Positions 1-12,961 of a stretch of 58,595 nucleotides of DNA are shown piece by piece. Below the pieces are notes generated by a model. It was not told where the DNA came from, searched no databases, and worked only from the letters and a program-made list of their open reading frames with translations. Source of the stretch: Seison nebaliae (taxonomy: Eukaryota). Position 1 is the first letter of the stretch; every line of letters begins with the position of its first letter. The stretch is taken from contig JALJEE010000392.1 in the NCBI GenBank assembly GCA_023231475.1, forward strand, positions 1 to 58,595. Direction: 5' to 3'. Made by a program: the position numbers and the translations under genes.

Positions 1-1140
1 TCCCCGGATGGAACCTTGTCTGACGTCATTGTTGGCCAAGAAAGGAGTTCCTAGAGTATGATCGAGTGATATCGACACGATGGAAGAGAAACATAATTTA
101 CGAAGAAAACGCAAAACCATATCCGGTGTGTTCCGAGCTGCTATGGAGGAATTACGTCAATGGAATCGAAAGCTTTCGATGCATCGAGGAACAACACGTG
201 TAATTGTGCGCGTTGTGGTCGAGCTTCGAAGAATAATGAGTGGAATATGATAAGAATCGGATGAACGCCTCGATCAGCAGCTCTGTAGGCGAATTGATGA
301 GGAGATGAATAAAAACTCGTCTTGTATCTATTGAGTACCATTCGCTCGATGAGACGAAGCATGAACGGACTGATGCAGATCGGACGGTAAGAATTCAGTT
401 CGTGTGCATCTTTAGATGGTTTCTTCAGCAAAGGAATTGCTCTAAAGTGCAACCATTCCACGGGGCACACTCCTGTGTAGAAAGCCTGATTAACGATTTC
501 GAGAAGAATCGGCGAGGGTCTCTCTTCATAACATTGCACGAGCTTTGGACAGATCCCGTTGATGCCGTGAGCTTTGTTGCTTCCTGAAGAGTTGATCGCA
601 TGGAATTGTGCAGGAATTGGTAGATTATCGAATGAAACAGTCGTCTCCTTTCGAGCTGCCTCGCCGTTAGACGTTAGCTTCGCGCGCAGGACGGAAGTCC
701 TGTTGGAGAACCAATCGGAAGATGCGGTGAGATCGTTCGTTTTCGTTTTTTGTGATGGAGAACGAACTGATGATATCACTAATTCAATGTCGACAGTTTG
801 ACAACCGATTTCGTGTTTCACCGTGGGTGTTGCGTTTCGGTTCAGGAGCAAACGAAGCAGTTGTTTGATTTCAGAGAGTTCGTTGAGTATTGCGACGTTA
901 CTAGGATTCGATTTAGAAAATTTATTGACAGTCGAAGGAGTTTGACGATTTGTAGAGATTACGTTTGTATCGTCGTTTTTTCTTTTCCTTCCGGTATTAG
1001 TCGAGGAATTCTCTAATAATTCTTGGAAAGTTGATGACTTGAGAATACGATCCATATCTGAGGATTGCGATGCGTCACCGGGGACTAACGGTGTAATTAC
1101 TACAGGTGCGTTGGAGATGATTGAAGAGTTGATATCGGTA
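1..1140 (-). mobile_element. Degenerate non-LTR retrotransposon fragment (reverse transcriptase N-terminal half), runs off the window start
   Basis: ORF 141..1055 has LINE-RT motifs KAHGINGI, W..RAIPLLKK, YRPICIS, HQFAYR and VLFLDASKAFDSID. After a stop/frameshift, bases 1-60 encode PFLANNDVRQGS (GVRQG motif). GC is visibly higher than the flanks. Confidence 0.9.
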
Positions 1141-1194
1141 CAGGTACTCGAATCGAATCGAATTTAACTCTATTTTCTTGAAAAGTTTGACTTC

Positions 1195-1390
1195 AGAGTA
1201 ATTTCCTCTCCTAAATGGAGTTAATATATGATTTTAGAGTGAATTCTTCTCCGATATCGATCCAAATGGTGAATTCCTCTCCGAAATGGATTTCTCACTA
1301 TTTTGAGAGTGAATTCTTCTCCGAAATCGAAGAATAAGGGTGAATTCCTCTCCGAAATCGAAGAATAACGGTGAATTCCTCTCCGAAATT
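1195..1390. repeat. Six imperfect copies of GTGAATTC(C/T)TCTCCGAAAT spaced about 30-40 nt apart; probable transposon subterminal repeats
   Basis: Read directly from the sequence; spacers vary and two are nearly identical (cgaagaataag/cgaagaataac). Confidence 0.8.
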
Positions 1391-2503
1391 TTTGTATTAT
1401 ATATGTAACGATATTAAATATCGTTATAAGTCCATAACATTAATTTCATGCATATTGTTTTATGAATGACTTTTATTTGACCAAAAAGTCTAATAATATT
1501 CTTGCTGTTCGTTCTTTTGTTTTGAGGATTATCTCTGAAAAGACTTTTAATCCACTTTGGAAGTATGCAGGTTAGTGAAATTATATATTTGACACTGGCA
1601 TACGGAAGAAGTAAGAAAAAGTTTCATTTCTATTGTTCAATGTATGGATTATATGGAAGATCAAGGAGATCTATATTTAGTGAATATTTTCGATGTGATC
1701 TAACAAGTTTTTCTAACAATTGTAAGTTTTTCCGTGAATTTTGTATAGTTTTAGCATCATCAACTATAATTTTCTATTTTATATTGTCAAATAACAAGCA
1801 ATTATATACATACAGTAGGAATTTAAAGTAATCGGACACTTTTACGTTTTTATAAAACCGGTCATAACTTCTGTCCTATCAAGTATCTTTCGTAAAGGTG
1901 GATATCACAAAATAGCCCTATTCAAGCTCTTAAACATAGTGCAAAAAAATTTGAAAAATTTTTAATATTTCATGCATAAACAGGGCATTTTGCATATTCA
2001 TAATAAGATATTATAAATAAGATATCGATGAAATTCTAAAAGTGAGCAAATTTCTCATCTATTATAAAAAAAAAACTTTTTTCACTTTTTTCGAAGTTTT
2101 TTAAGTTCTGTTGTCAAATAACTGAGGAAATTTAATGTATGTGGTTTTATTATAATTGGTTTTAATTTTAATTTTAGTTTTTTAAATCGCGTCAGAAAGA
2201 TGTCTTACGGCTATAAACAAATTATCCAGAAAGTTCTATAAATATTAGGACCATGTATCGGTCCTATATTATATCGGATATGTAGGGCCAATATTTACAT
2301 ATACCGTATATATAAAATTTTTAATATGGAATTTTTAAAACAAAACAAATATAATAAATAAATATATATTTGTCCATAGGTGAAAGGTTGAAGTCGCCCG
2401 CAATAATGAATGATTTACCAACGCATTCATGAGACAGAAATTCATCTAACATCATATATTTTAATACAATCATCATATATATATAATATTTTTTTCAACT
2501 TTT

Positions 2504-2628
2504 TTTGGACACAACGTCTTTCTGACATTTCCCCTATTTATAGGGAAATATATAAACATATAAACATATGAAACATATAAACATACATATAAAAATAGGG
2601 AAAATGTCGGAGAGAGGTTGTGTCCAAA
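2504..2628. repeat. About 36-bp inverted repeat enclosing an (ATAAACAT)n minisatellite; probable non-autonomous DNA element interior
   Basis: tttggacacaacgtctttctgacatttcccctattt (from 2504) versus aaatagggaaaatgtcggagagaggttgtgtccaaa (2593-2628) are reverse complements with few mismatches. Confidence 0.7.
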
Positions 2629-5600
2629 TTTTGAAAATTAACGGATTTACTTAATTCTTTTTTTAAAATACATTAGTAGTATGGTCTAAAGTTATAAAAA
2701 AAATTTCAAGAAAATTGAACTACTATAAGACCCATAAATTTGGGTTCAAACTTAACGTCTTATGAAAAATTGATTTTTTAAAATATGTTTAACTAGAAAA
2801 CTCTCAATTACGAATAGATTTTTAGAATAAAATAGAAAGTAGAAATAACTGAGTTGTAGAGCAATTCGAGCTCTTTCTAAATATATTAAATCTAATATGG
2901 TAACTATAAGATTTCTGGTAGAAAATGGAGTCTCAAAAAAAAGTTTAAAAAAATCGACTGCCAAATTTTTTTCCCGCCTGATTACCTACAATCATATAAC
3001 TCGATTCTTATCCAGCTTTTAAAGCAACGGGTATCGCGTCGAAATAAAGTTAAATTTTACGAAATAAAATTGAAAATCATATAACGAATTTCAAATTTTG
3101 ATTTTTGCTTAGGAAAATAATGTTAAAATTCGACAAAGGAATGGTATAATTATATTAAATTGCATCTTGTTATGTGATGGTAAGTTATTTTAATGTACCT
3201 TCGAATGTCTTGAAGTTAAATTTTAGTTTTGCTGTAAATTTTGAAGTAAATATTACGATAACGATGTACAATCTTCGTTTAACCTAACTTTGCAACGGTT
3301 TTGATCCTAATGATATAGATTGTTTTTAAGAAATGTTTAAAATATTGGGAAATTTGACGGTGATGATTGTGATAGGGAATGAAATGAATGAAGAAAAGAA
3401 GATTCAATAAAAAAACATAAATTACCAATTTTCGTCGTTAAATTATATTAGCAATTGATTTGTTTGGTTCATTCTCATTATCATATTCATAGAATCATCG
3501 GACGTATAGTTGACATGTTCTAATTTATTTTATGTTGAACGCCGCCAATGAGACAAGTAGCTAACTAATATCTGATAGAGCGATTGAGGAAAAGTATATC
3601 GCTTATTTCATTTGCCGTTTCTCGTTATCAGAGAAAGGAAACTGAATATAAATTACGAATATTAAAACATAAAAGCAATTTCGTTCTTTTCTTCTCGTCT
3701 TCTTCAGCCGAATTGACGACACCGTGCATAAACACAGGCGACATGCATGACTATAGAAGAAATAAATTACAAATGTTGACTTCTAATAAGGGAATTGTTC
3801 ATATGAACTGCTCATCTCACTCTTTGATTAGGAATGAGGAATAAACAGAAAGAAATTTAGGAGGACATTTTCGTTAAGTCCAATTGGAAGAGCAATAATT
3901 CTTTTTTATGACTCTTCTTCTCTGATCGATTCGACAGAGGTGAGTGATCAAGCAATATGATAATTGCCTATAACTTCCACTGACATACATCAATAAAAGA
4001 TAATTCTTTCAAAATGAAGACTGGAACGATATGAAATAATAAAATGGTATAATGTAATTCATCACACATTCAATCGTTTCATTATTTCTTCACGATGTCA
4101 AATTAAGAAATTTCTATCTAATAAACTTTCGTGAGTTTTATTACTTCTCATATATACTTATCGTTCTCCATTTATTCATTTGCGTGTATTAAATCAATTT
4201 TATATTATTAGTCCATAAAAGGAAAGTAATCATCACTAAAATAAAAAGATGATGAATACAATCAGATCTATGATAGATGATGATTGAAGACGTAACTGAA
4301 AAAATTAATAACATGCATATGCATCATGTTATTCCTGTTAATGGTAGTCTCAATTGATCGTTAATAAATTTTCGCTTATAATATAAAGTTTATTTAGTTG
4401 TCAAAAGAAAATATCTTTCACCATCAGATCCATTTCATTCTAATCAATTGAATGAATAAATTAAAAAGAATTCTAGTCATTTCTTCAAGTCCATATCGAT
4501 TTAAATATTTATATTTATAGAAAGTTTTACTTATTCTTTATAGGAAGAAATTTTACGGATTCTATCGATTCTAATCCAACAATTTTCACCCTTTTATTGT
4601 GCAACAACTGCTCGAAACTACTATATTAATTTATTAGTTGTCTCTACCACTACTGATCTTACCACTTCACAATATAGAATTTTTAGGGAATATTGATTGA
4701 TTACATATGTAGTATCTGTGTAGAATGGTGGAGAGTGGAGGAATATCGTGCATTTTGTCGACCGATGCGTACGATTGATAAGAAGTTAGGAGCGGACATG
4801 TCGTTTCCTTCGTTCAAACGATCGTTTACATTCTCAATAAACATAAAGCAAACGAACTAAATCAGATACAATGGAATAAAACGATTTATATGCAAAAATC
4901 AGACATTAGGGCGACAAAGTAAATGAATGATTGATACATTTATCATATTCGCTTAACTGCTTTTGAATCGATTCGCGAGAGATAAAATGATAATATTTTC
5001 GACTAATTGTTCCCTATCGCTCTCCCATGAACAAGTCCAATTGTTCTCTAGAATGAAACGAATCATATTTCCTTACAATTCCAATCATTTCTTATGCAAC
5101 CATTTTCCTGTCATTTCCCTTTAAAAAATGTTGTTTATCAGAATAACTTTTTAATCGTTGTTAATCTGAACATTTTGCATAACATTGATGCATTGCAGTA
5201 CAAGAAAAAGAACCATTTTCGGGCCAAAAGCCCATCATGACAAAACAGGCCATAGAAATATGTTAAATGGGAAAAAATTCGCTTTAAGCGAATAATATTA
5301 AATATGGAGTAGCGGAAAGTACCTACAAAAAAAACCAAATATCAATTTCCAATTTCAATTGATTCAACAATTGACGTTCCACGGTGAAATATGTTAATAA
5401 TTAAAATTATCTGTCTGAGTTACGGACAATAATTTTAATGTTTTCATCTAATTTCGTAGTATTCCTTGAGTGTAAATGTCCAGTGAGTTAGTTAGCCGAA
5501 AATATTAAGGCTTTCAACGATCACCTTTCTGCAAATATTATCAATCAACTATTGTCAAATCGCCACTGTCAATCAAAAGACAATTCATGGAAATTATTGA

Positions 5601-8533
5601 ATGAGCACAAATCGCTCAAATTTTCCGAAATATTTGGCGGTGCATGATAGATGATGAATTAAAATATTGAATATCAACAACGATATAAAAAGGAGCTTAT
5701 GGAATCGGAAGATGGAAATGACGCGCAATTGAATTATAAAGAAAAAAGTTTAATTTATTATGTCATTACCGGTTGCGGCGAATAAATGAGAAAAATTCTT
5801 CCATTTGAAAGAAACTTTACCTTTCATAATTACTTCCATAATCTTTTTTTATTCGTCTTCTTGAATAAATCCCGCTCAAATTCATTGTTCGATTAACATC
5901 TGGTGAATATGAGGAGGTGGAAGATGGTGAGAGAATATTAATAAAGAGTCCTCCAAAGACTAAAATGAGAATATTAAGTAAATTCTTTTTATTTATCTTC
6001 TTCCACCAAATCTTCTTCTTCGTCTTCTTCCATTCATCTGTCAATTATCATCGCCATTTTAATTTATTTGACGACATTCGTATTCTATTTAATTACAATA
6101 ATAGAATGAATTCCTTCATTTCTTCTTATTGAACTTTAATTTCATTCTTAATTCCTAATTTTTATGACTATAATTCTCTTTTGTTCATTTGTTCTCTCCT
6201 GCTCTCCATTCAAACTTGTGAACTAAAAGAAGGCAATTGTCAAATTAGCTTCATAATTTCTTCTAAAAGAAGCCATTTTTATTAGAAGAATGATTGACCT
6301 GTAATATAATGATATTTATGATCTTTTTATTTAGTTACCTTTCGATAATGAAACTGAGTTTCTTCTCATTTCAATGAGTCAAACAAATGAGCAAACTTAT
6401 TTTTATTTTCTTCTCCAAAAACTTTTCCTCCCGACCACCACCTTATCGTTTACCAATCAAAAAGGTCGTCTCCCGCTAAGTATTGGAACTTTTTTCTACT
6501 TTCCTTTTATTTTCTTACTCTATTTGAAATTTTTTTGATATAGTCCCTAAATCGAAAAACACAAATAACCGAGGTTTTAGGTTTGGAGAACAGTTAGAAT
6601 TTTTATCATCGTCTTCATCCGATTCATTTAAATTTCTAATTGAAACGGTATTTTTAAGGGTGAAATAAGAACGGCATCTGTCCTAAAGCATCTGTCTCAG
6701 GATCATTCTATTAACTAGAAGAAACAGAAATTATTAGTAATAATTTGTTAGAATTCCATGTAAATAATTGAAGAGGTTCCCGCGCAATCGTAAAAGAAAA
6801 CATTAAAAAAATTATGAATATCAAAAAAGAAGATGGGCATAAAATTCAGTTAAATTATTCTTGGCAATCGACAAATGGGATACTATTAAAAATTCCAAAG
6901 GAACTATTAGTTGTTAATCCGAGTAACAAGATGGGTCAGAATAATTCGGTTTAAACAAAAGATTAATAGAATGACACCTTGATTTCCTCAATTGAAAGTT
7001 GTCAAAAGAATAAAATCGAGTAATAAGAGTAAATAATGAGAAACGGAAATATCTGTCCAAGTTTCATCTAGTCACGGAAAATTGTTATTATTCGACTGAA
7101 TGAGTCGTGTGGATGAAAGTGATTAATCTCAATTCAATATTTCCATCTTCCTAACTCCCCTCACATTTAGTATGATTCTTCACTGTACTTCTTCTTCGTC
7201 AACTTATCATACAAATGTCGGCATTGGTCATCCCTCACGACTTATCGGCAATTGTAGTTCATAATAATTACCATTCCTTTTATATGTTTCTTGAAGAAAC
7301 GAAATAAACAAATGAAAATGTCTCGTGTCTCATTTAAGAAAGATGTGAATGATCTTCAAGAAGAAGGAAGAACGAACAGATGAGTATCAAATAATCATCT
7401 AGTCGTTTAGGAAGTAAGAAAGAAAGAAGAAAGAAATGATCAATCTTCATCTCATCTGTTTAATATGGATGGGAAGCTATTGGTAAACCAATCAAGTGAA
7501 GCGAGTGTTCCCTAAACATCCTCTAATTGGATAAGAGGATTGGTGGATGTTTGTCGATTTGTATAGAAATTAGATGGATGTTAATGTAAATGTGTTGTGA
7601 GAGGAGAATTAAAATTTTTCTAAAACTTTCCATATTTCGAGTTCATCACTCAATTAATCAATGAAGCCGATCTAATGTAAATATAATGATATAATGAATA
7701 ATGTTGATGTAACACATGGTTTATTCGCAGAAATCGTTCTACTACATCTCTTTAATTATTCGAGATGCTGAATTATGTTTTAATTACTTTCAATCAGCAA
7801 ATCATTTCATTTTCATCGTTACACTTCATACACATTTCTTCAAACAGGTATAAATGAAAACTTAAAGTAAATCTCTCCATAGATCATCGGCATACATATG
7901 TGTCTCTCCAAATTGAATCGAATCTTCCTCACTTGTCTTCTCTGTGCGCGATTATTGGTGAAGTGTTATTGTGATTTATTCATAAATAAAAGTTCATTTA
8001 AAGAACATGATGTTTCCATATCATTTCTCTTTCATCCTAACAATCATCATCATCATTATTCTCCTTTCTTCTCCATATATTATTAAATTTATAGTTCTGT
8101 CCAAACAGATAAGTTATATCAATAAAATAAGAAAAAGAAAATTAATTAGAATAATAATCATATGAATGAAATTGAACTAATCTATCCTTCTCTTATTCCA
8201 TCATCGTCATCATCATCTCCGCAACTTGAACATGATTGTGAATGGAAAATTTCTTTGTAAAATTCTTTTTTAAATTCTTTCCTATTTTCTTGTTCGTCTG
8301 ACGAAATTATTTTAATGAATCTAATATTATAATGAGGACATTCATCTCCCACACCATTCATGATTCTATAGTTAGATCAATATTGAAGTAAGACGAAGAA
8401 TATTGATATTATTTCCATATTTACTTGATTAGAAATTTTTATTAAATTATTATCCTAAATTCTTATTTAAATTCCTTTCTAATATTCATTTCATATTCAT
8501 TCCCCCCAATCCTCTTTCCCAGACCATATTATT

Positions 8534-10208
<1,675 letters not shown>

Positions 10209-10360
10209 AAGTGTGTAGCAGATGGAGCGAGAAACATAAAATATTAATTGAAATCAAATTGTTTTCTTTTATTTAATTTATAAAATTTATTCAATGGTAT
10301 TTTTTTTCCCATATTTCGATGTCATTTAATTTCATTTATTATAATTAAATTACTTATTCT

Positions 10361-11760
10361 TCATTTATTCTCAATTTCATCTTCATCATCATCATCGTCA
10401 TCATAATCATCATCATCTTCTTCATCATCTTCATCATCATCGTCATCTTCTTCCTCATCTATATCATGTTGTTTCGATTTTCGTTTAGTTTTCTCTTTAT
10501 TTAATTTCACATTCTTCTGTGTAGTAATTTTATTGTGAATTTTTTTCAATTCATCATCTATTTCTTTTCTTTTCGCTTCAGGAATTGAGCTATTCAAAAT
10601 AGTTAAGGTTAAACAGATATATAATGTATATTGATACCAACATTGATGAATTGTTGGTTAGATCAATAATAGAATCGCTCGTTGGTAAGAAGGAATTGAT
10701 TGGAGATCTGTCTTGTAGAGATGGTTCACAGAATATTTTAGATTGATGTCCCTTCTCCTTTTTCATCAATTCAATCAACTTCCTGATGAACAGTAAGTTA
10801 GTTAGAGAATTATTCTCAGTTTCCTTTTGAATCGTAGCTTCGTAACAGATGTCATAAGAAGGATATCTTAAGAGTCAAATTTAATTTCAATTTAAAACTT
10901 ATTTTTATACAAACTAACAAAGGTTTTTGAAGTTGATTCATTTGTGCGAAATGATCGAAAGTTTTGCTCAGACGTTCTTTCCAAAATAATCCATCGAGAA
11001 CATTGCTGTATTCGAAAGAATAGGAGGACTGTTCGATTATATCCAAAATAAATTCTAAAAATTTCAGTTATTTAAAAAAGAGATTGGAAAAATTTTTTTA
11101 AATTTTCTGTTTTTCAATTTTTATAATTAAGAACCTTTATAAACAAAGAATAATTGAAAGGTGTACAATAAATCGATAAAAGACACAGTTTCTTCATTTT
11201 CTATATTGGCAATTCTGATAAATGAAAGTATAAAATTAACATAAATAAATAAACATTCGAACTTGAAACAGAGTTGAACAAGCTCTTTATCGAAATCATT
11301 GGAAATTAAAAAAAATAGTGTTTCAAAATCTTCGATTGATAGTTCTAATTAAGAATTTCATTTTATTCAGCTATGTGAAAAATTTAAATTAAACTTCCGT
11401 TTTCTATTCCAAATCGATGATAGATGGTGGCAAAGAGAAGCAGAAAACATTTTCTATTGAAACTATTATGTTGAATGAATATATAGTCTCTATATAAGAC
11501 ATGTCTTCCAAAACTTAAATCGGTAAAACTTTAGAAAATTTATTTTCAACTGTAAGAGATGAAGGAGAAACTATTCTAGAAGAAATTGATTTATATCAAT
11601 ATTATTTTCTTGTCTGATTAACTCGTAAGATGAAAGGGCATCTGAAAAATAGAAATTTATATCATGCTTCCCTGAAAAATTTTAAATTATTTGAAACGTT
11701 AATTACTCTAAAGAAACAAAACGAACTTAAATATTGTTGTATTAATACTTCAACATTCAT
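10361..11760 (-). CDS. CSTPP1: CSTPP1/C11orf49 (UPF0705) homologue; exons 11760-11727, 11671-11572, 11528-11395, 11344-11263, 11214-11135, 11054-10919, 10866-10642, 10589-10361 (339 aa)
   Basis: Spliced protein MNVEVLIQQYLRKHDINFYFSDAL...QFLLEYFTDLSFGRHVLYRDYIFIQHNSFNRKCFL...ISNDFDKELVQ...VSFIDLLYTFQLFFVYKEF aligns colinearly with recalled human C11orf49 (YLAQRHV..EDA, FFTEYFNSV.QGTHILFREFSF...HNRVSFL, CPDFPLELTQ, MSFSDFLFAFQIQFYYSEF). Seven GT-AG introns of 43-80 nt keep frame. Confidence 0.85.
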
Positions 11761-11776
11761 AATAACTTCAAAACTA

Positions 11777-11790
11777 ATTACCATGGAAAC
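11777..11790 (-). promoter_or_regulatory. RFX X-box GTTTCCATGGTAAT just upstream of the CSTPP1 ATG
   Basis: 13/14 match to X-box GTTTCCATGGTAAC, 17-30 bp upstream of a cilia-associated gene. Confidence 0.7.
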
Positions 11791-12961
11791 TAATTTTGAG
11801 AAGAGTTATTTAACTCTGCTCCAGTTAGAAGTTCGTTGATGTTTAAGAGCTATGTAAATTTTAAGCTTCATATTCAATTTAATTAATCCGATAAAATTAT
11901 ATTTTAATTAAAATTTCTCTTTATACAGAATGGTGAAAGGGGAGGAAGTGGAGAATGATAGTTGGAGGGAAGAATGAATTAAATTAAAAAAATTTCGTTT
12001 TCTTTCCAATTTTCATATTTGCTCTTACATAAATATTGGGGAAAACATGAAGAAAAATTATCTTTTCTAAATTTTTCTCGTTTTGTTTAGGAGTTACTAC
12101 TATTAATATTTTCGTCTCACTCACTTATTTAAATTGAGCGAACTCCTTCTCTTTTTTCTTCGTTCAATATTTAGTTATCTACTTATCATTCAAATAAACA
12201 CATTCTCATACACATTCTCTGTCATATAACAGTACATACACACAGACCATCATTGCATCTACATCACACTCCGACTTGCATTTGTAGAGAGGAGGCCAAA
12301 CATAATTCTTTTAATTATTTCTTTTTTTCATCATTTCCCCCTCTGGATAAGAAGAAAGTACAAGAGAATATAAAAAATTATATTTACCACATATCATCCT
12401 CTATTCTCTTCTATATTTGACGTCGTGTAATTTGGAAAAGATTTATTATTTATTTCCAACGAACACCTATCAACAAATCTACAATTGTATGAACTTGTAA
12501 TGATGAGAATATTGGTTAGAGAAAGATAAATTATATAAAATTCATTGAAGTGAAAATATAAAGATTGATTCAATAAATTTTTTTGAAGACATATACTACA
12601 TTGAACGTTAGAAACATACGTATATATAATTTCCTATATATCATACAGTGAAATCGAAGAAGTTCACACCGCCGTTTTCTCATACACATCAACATCATTG
12701 TATTGAGACATCATTGAAACGTATCTATCTATCTACCTTATATTGGAGGGGGGAGAAAAGACTTTTTCCTTTCTACCTTCCACTTTTTCTTCTTTGTTTA
12801 AGAATTATTTGATAACATCAGAAGAATTGAGAATAACATCATCGTCATCAACTAAATCCGTCTTCTTCTTCTTCTCTCCAATCCAGATTTATAAGTTTTT
12901 TGGTCATTTGTTTTAGATTGTGAACGTTTTCGAGAAGGTGGAGCAGAGGGCTAAAAACGTC

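Noticed and set aside
1195..1390. CRISPR array
   Set aside because: Repeats are degenerate, spacers are short and partly duplicated, and there are no cas genes.
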